Source: Candidatus Moraniibacteriota bacterium
GTDB taxonomy: Bacteria; Patescibacteriota; Minisyncoccia; Moranbacterales; UBA1568
Assembly: GCA_016182385.1 (NCBI GenBank)
Contig: JACPGV010000007.1
Location: 12,147 to 76,146, forward strand
DNA: 64,000 bases
Reading direction: 5' to 3'
Under the pieces are notes generated by a model that was given only the letters and a program-made list of their open reading frames with translations, made no database searches and was not told the origin of the DNA. Both the position numbers and the translations under genes were made by a program. Positions 60,366 to 64,000 of the stretch are shown here, piece by piece (within the stretch, counting starts at the first letter, position 1; each line of letters starts with the position of its first letter).

Positions 60366-61709
60366 TTACTCTACGACGTTGATCACGCCACGATACATAC
60401 CCATAGAACAACTAAAAGGAATCTGTCCGGTCTTATCCGGCACAAATTCAAAAACGTTTTCACCGGGCGAAAGCACTTTACGAATACCGGCTCTGGGCGC
60501 CACGAAACTCACCGCGCAACTATATGATTCCTGTGAATCAACAATAAGCTTTACCGGTTGACCCTTTTTGACAGTCAATTGATTGGGGAAATATCCATTA
60601 GCTTTTTGCGTAACACGAATGATTTGAGGTTCTTGCAAAAAGGAGTTTTCTCCAGCAATATTTTTTTCTTTCTGTTCGTCGCTTCCAAGTCCTACCAACA
60701 CTTGTCCATTTTGGACATTAAAAACACCCAACAAAACAACAATGATGCCGGCTACTTTGAAGAAAAAACCACGTGTCGCCCCCTTGACTGCCGCCGCCGC
60801 ACCACCGATGCCAAGAAGTCCTGGTGCCGTGCCGAGAGCAAACACTCCCATAACAAGAGCGCCGACGGACGGGCTCCCCTGTGTCACGACAAAAAGTTGC
60901 GCCAATTGCGTAAAACCACAGGGCAGAAAAAATGTCACCACGCCAAGGAATATCGTCCGCGTGTGACTATACTCTTTTTCTGTATGAGACCGAATACCAA
61001 ATATCCGAGCAATACCCTTCGGCAGTGTCAGTTTCCACAAAGATAACCGTGGAAAAAGTTCAAGGAGTTGTACACCGATAAGAACCATCACCGCACCAAC
61101 CGCCACGGTAAGTACGCCTATCAAAAGAGATGAAGGCTGAAATGTCGAACCAAACCATCCCAAAAGCGTGCCCAACACCGTAAATCCTCCGATACGCCCA
61201 AGATTAAAATACACATGTGGCACAAATTTCTGACGAACACCCAACTCAGGATGAAGCTTGTTATACCGCGCAGAAATCGCCAATGTCAATCCGCCAACGA
61301 TCGCCATGCACGTCGACAAGCCAGCCACCAATCCAACCAAAAACACAAACGGCAAACTCTCTAAACGCTCAGGGGAACCGAACGACACGTCAAACAATCC
61401 GAAAAACTTTGCGAAAACAAAAAGCACAAACACAATACCTATCGCGAACAATGTTTCCACCCAAACAGTCACGTCTTTGGAAAACCATGATTGTTCACTG
61501 GCACCACCAATCTTGTATCCGATCTTTTCAACTACTTCTTTGAGTGCATTGAGAGAAGGTGCGGTCTCTTCATATGATATTTCCGCTTTCCCTGTACGAA
61601 AATTCGTTTTTGCCTTTTGTACGCCCGGCACCTCAAGCAAGGCCTCTTCCGTAAGCAACTCACAAGAGCGACAATGCATACCAGAAATCTGAAATGTTTT
61701 TTTCTTCAT
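60366..61709 (-). CDS. HMA-domain protein with a TauE/DsbD_2-like permease and a C-terminal cupredoxin-like domain
   Basis: N-terminal GMHCRSCE metal-binding motif, about 8 TM helices, and a C-terminal beta domain with FSCSMGMYRGV. Confidence 0.6.
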   Translation of the reverse strand: MKKKTFQISGMHCRSCELLTEEALLEVPGVQKAKTNFRTGKAEISYEETAPSLNALKEVVEKIGYKIGGASEQSWFSKDVTVWVETLFAIGIVFVLFVFAKFFGLFDVSFGSPERLESLPFVFLVGLVAGLSTCMAIVGGLTLAISARYNKLHPELGVRQKFVPHVYFNLGRIGGFTVLGTLLGWFGSTFQPSSLLIGVLTVAVGAVMVLIGVQLLELFPRLSLWKLTLPKGIARIFGIRSHTEKEYSHTRTIFLGVVTFFLPCGFTQLAQLFVVTQGSPSVGALVMGVFALGTAPGLLGIGGAAAAVKGATRGFFFKVAGIIVVLLGVFNVQNGQVLVGLGSDEQKEKNIAGENSFLQEPQIIRVTQKANGYFPNQLTVKKGQPVKLIVDSQESYSCAVSFVAPRAGIRKVLSPGENVFEFVPDKTGQIPFSCSMGMYRGVINVVE

Positions 61710-61781
61710 AGGAAAAAATTATATCTTTACACGACAATCAATCTCCCGAAAAAAGGGAGCCTCCAACCACAAAGAAAAAAC

Positions 61782-62207
61782 TCATTCTTTCTTCGGGACG
61801 AATGTTATCATTCCAAGAAGTGGGGGCGATGTATCATCAACACTCATCACATCGCCCAAAATATCATCTTTGAAATTACCGTACCCATTCGTCGTTACCG
61901 CCCCATCTACAATAGAAAAAAAACTGAATTTTTTTGTAACAAGAGCCTCCGGCAAAATATCCGCGCAAGTCAAAGTACATTTATTCAATGTTTTTTCAAT
62001 AGTGTTTCCTGACAAAACATCGTTTCCATGATGGAGAGAAACTTCTGGTCCGTTTTCGTTTTTCTCTTCATTTACTATCGCCCCGTTCATCGTCATCGCA
62101 ACTGACGAAGAAGTAATGGCAAACACATTATACGGACACGTCATACCGGCAAATACCATCAGTATCCCAATAAGACTGCCGATATACATTTTCCTTAAAA
62201 ACTTCAT
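61782..62207 (-). CDS. secreted hypothetical protein
   Basis: Signal peptide. Lies upstream in the copper cluster. Confidence 0.35.
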   Translation of the reverse strand: MKFLRKMYIGSLIGILMVFAGMTCPYNVFAITSSSVAMTMNGAIVNEEKNENGPEVSLHHGNDVLSGNTIEKTLNKCTLTCADILPEALVTKKFSFFSIVDGAVTTNGYGNFKDDILGDVMSVDDTSPPLLGMITFVPKKE

Positions 62208-62213
62208 ATTTCT

Positions 62214-62600
62214 TCAATGTAATACTTCTCGAACATAATCCACCGCTTTCTGCGGATCAGTGAGTGACTTGATAAGATAAAAACGTGTTTCGAATTTTCC
62301 CACTTCGTGAAACGCCTCTTCACTATCCACGTTGCTCAAAATAATCACCGGGATTCGAGAAAGCGCTTCGTCATTCTTCAGCTCCTCCAACACTTCCATA
62401 CCGTCCTTTACCGGCATTTGAAGATCAAGCAAAATAATATCCGGCTTTTTCTCGCGAATAACTTTCAATCCCTCTTCGCCGTTTTTCGCCGCTGACACAT
62501 CAAAACCTTCGAGATTGAATTTCATGATATAAATCTCGCGGATGTTATCGTCATCATCGATAACGCACACTTTCTTTTTTGCCCAAATATCTTCATCCAT
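62214..62600 (-). CDS. standalone response-regulator receiver (REC) domain protein
   Basis: DDDD acidic pocket, the phospho-acceptor Asp in IILLDLQMP, and the conserved Lys region. Confidence 0.8.
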   Translation of the reverse strand: MDEDIWAKKKVCVIDDDDNIREIYIMKFNLEGFDVSAAKNGEEGLKVIREKKPDIILLDLQMPVKDGMEVLEELKNDEALSRIPVIILSNVDSEEAFHEVGKFETRFYLIKSLTDPQKAVDYVREVLH

Positions 62601-62838
62601 ACAGTTTTCTTCTTTTATTCTATTATACCACATCCCTATTGATACCCTCACCAAAAAGCGTTTCATTAAATATGCTATACTGAAAACAAAGCCTTCAGAA
62701 TGGAGAGTGAGGGAGTTGTAAAAAACTCCTCAATTGAAACCCACCTAAAATATCAGGGAAAAATGTAATTTTTTCCGTTACTCTTTTTCAAGGGATTCAG
62801 CCGCTTTCCTGCATTGAGGGCTTTTTGTATCTCAAAAA

Positions 62839-63393
62839 TCAGTGTTCATACGGTTTATCGCCTTGCAAAGAGTAGCGACACCCACAGTACTTCTGCTCAT
62901 AGATACCTCTCTCCTTCACCATTTTCCGCGCTGTCTTTTCCCGTCCCTTTTTTTTCCAATCTTCCGCATAAAAAGATACGCCGTAGCGTCGTGCCGCCAC
63001 TTCACCAATCGGAAAAATAACCTTTGCGCTCTTTCGTCGCCCCATCGTAAGGGTTGTACCAAAAATAAAAAACCCTCGCCCTTTCGCTTCGCGAGCCGTC
63101 TGCATAAGACGCATACCAATACAGGTAAAACAACGTTTTCCTTGCTCCGGTTCATTTTCCAAACCACGAACACGGGCCGCCCACTCTTCTGGAGAATAAT
63201 CCATATCAACCATCGGAATATTCCATTCCGCGCATACGCGCACAACGTCGCTCTTCCGCTTACTATATTCTTCTTCCGGAAAAATATTAGGATTAAAAAA
63301 AAGCGCCGTGAGATCAAACACCTGACGCAACTCATCGATGACGGCGATACTGCATGGAGCACAACACACGTGCAAAAGAAATTTTTCACGCAT
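62839..63393 (-). CDS. queH: epoxyqueuosine reductase QueH (DUF208)
   Basis: LLHVCCAPCS motif. Confidence 0.85.
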   Translation of the reverse strand: MREKFLLHVCCAPCSIAVIDELRQVFDLTALFFNPNIFPEEEYSKRKSDVVRVCAEWNIPMVDMDYSPEEWAARVRGLENEPEQGKRCFTCIGMRLMQTAREAKGRGFFIFGTTLTMGRRKSAKVIFPIGEVAARRYGVSFYAEDWKKKGREKTARKMVKERGIYEQKYCGCRYSLQGDKPYEH

Positions 63394-63982
63394 ACTTCTT
63401 TCTTTCCATAAAATATTTCTTCTCACGCGCATTCATTCGTTCAAGAGCATACCGAAGCGCGGTTCGAGGCATTGTTTTTGCGTATCGCTCAAGAAACATT
63501 TTTTCTTCTTGTAATGAACAACGTTTACCCACCTCACGAAGCATCCAACCAACCGCCTTGTGGATAAGATCCTGTTTGTCATCGATGAGTTTCTCCGCGA
63601 TCGCAAGCGCAGGCGAGGCATCGCCCTGATTCGTAAAATAAAACGTAGCGATCATTGCAATCCGTCGTTCCCAAAGCGATTCTGATCGTGCCAAACGGTC
63701 CAATATCTTCCTCTCTTTTTTCTCAAGATGCGCCCCGACAATGTGGTGTGCCGAAAGATCAACCAAGTCCCAATTATTGATAAAACGAGTATTATCAAGA
63801 TACAGCCGATATATTTTGTTTCGTGTTTTGATGTCGCCGCGCTCATATTGCCGCACAAGGACCAGAAGAGCAAACAAGCGCTCCTCATGAAAGGAAGAAT
63901 GAAGAAATGTTAAAATTTCCTGAACGGAAAGAGCATCATACTGCCGCACCAGTGACCGGATCTGCGGTACCGTTATACCCAA
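63386..63982 (-). CDS. AlkD-like DNA alkylation repair protein (HEAT-like repeats); may extend past the window
   Basis: DNA_alkylation family repeat pattern including the WMLREVGKR region. Confidence 0.65.
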   Translation of the reverse strand: MGITVPQIRSLVRQYDALSVQEILTFLHSSFHEERLFALLVLVRQYERGDIKTRNKIYRLYLDNTRFINNWDLVDLSAHHIVGAHLEKKERKILDRLARSESLWERRIAMIATFYFTNQGDASPALAIAEKLIDDKQDLIHKAVGWMLREVGKRCSLQEEKMFLERYAKTMPRTALRYALERMNAREKKYFMERKKYA

Positions 63983-64000
63983 AAAACGATCTCCTTCAGC

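Noticed and set aside
1-64000. CRISPR arrays, rRNA, tRNA, IS transposases
   Set aside because: No regularly spaced repeats, no transposase-like ORFs and no convincing tRNA cloverleaf were seen in the intergenic regions I inspected by eye. This is not a tool-grade tRNA scan.

Overview
This 64 kb window is gene-dense and almost entirely coded on the minus strand. GC is roughly 45-50%. The gene content looks like a small-genome bacterium, possibly CPR/Parcubacteria-like: that taxonomic call is an inference from gene content only.

Recognisable blocks, left to right:
- A cell-envelope glycosylation cluster: DUF4012 protein, a family-1 glycosyltransferase, galU, rfbA, then (after glyA and an inserted island) rfbD-rfbB-rfbC.
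- Part of the dcw cluster, mraZ-rsmH-ftsL-ftsI-murF, followed by pepA, rarA, xth, a MiaB-like methylthiotransferase and rlmN.
- A type IV pilus locus (pilM-pilN-pilO, pilin-like genes, pilC), plus a very large secreted protein with a TrbC/VirB2-like pilin N-terminus.
- A nucleotide-excision-repair cluster carrying two uvrA paralogs, uvrC and uvrB. Further downstream are a DedA protein, a DEAD-box helicase, a YgjP-like hydrolase and a C39-like peptidase.
- Class III ribonucleotide reductase genes nrdD-nrdG.
- A copper-handling cluster: copA fused to a C-terminal YVTN beta-propeller, two cupredoxin-domain proteins, an HMA-permease-cupredoxin protein and a standalone REC domain.
- queH and an AlkD-like gene at the right edge.

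Most worth a second look:
- A GC-rich insertion between glyA and rfbD, about 6.1-8.2 kb. It has a consensus promoter, a novel ORF and a strong terminator, followed by a single membrane-anchored PaaX-like regulator gene flanked by a perfect 27-bp inverted repeat.
- The nrdD reading frame stops after its zinc ribbon. The glycyl-radical motif is encoded about 40 nt further downstream in another frame.
- A promoter-to-terminator unit near 38.9-39.4 kb that is packed with RNA hairpins. It is either a small basic ORF or a structured RNA.
- A palindromic motif that recurs at two intergenic sites.

No CRISPR array, rRNA or convincing tRNA was seen.
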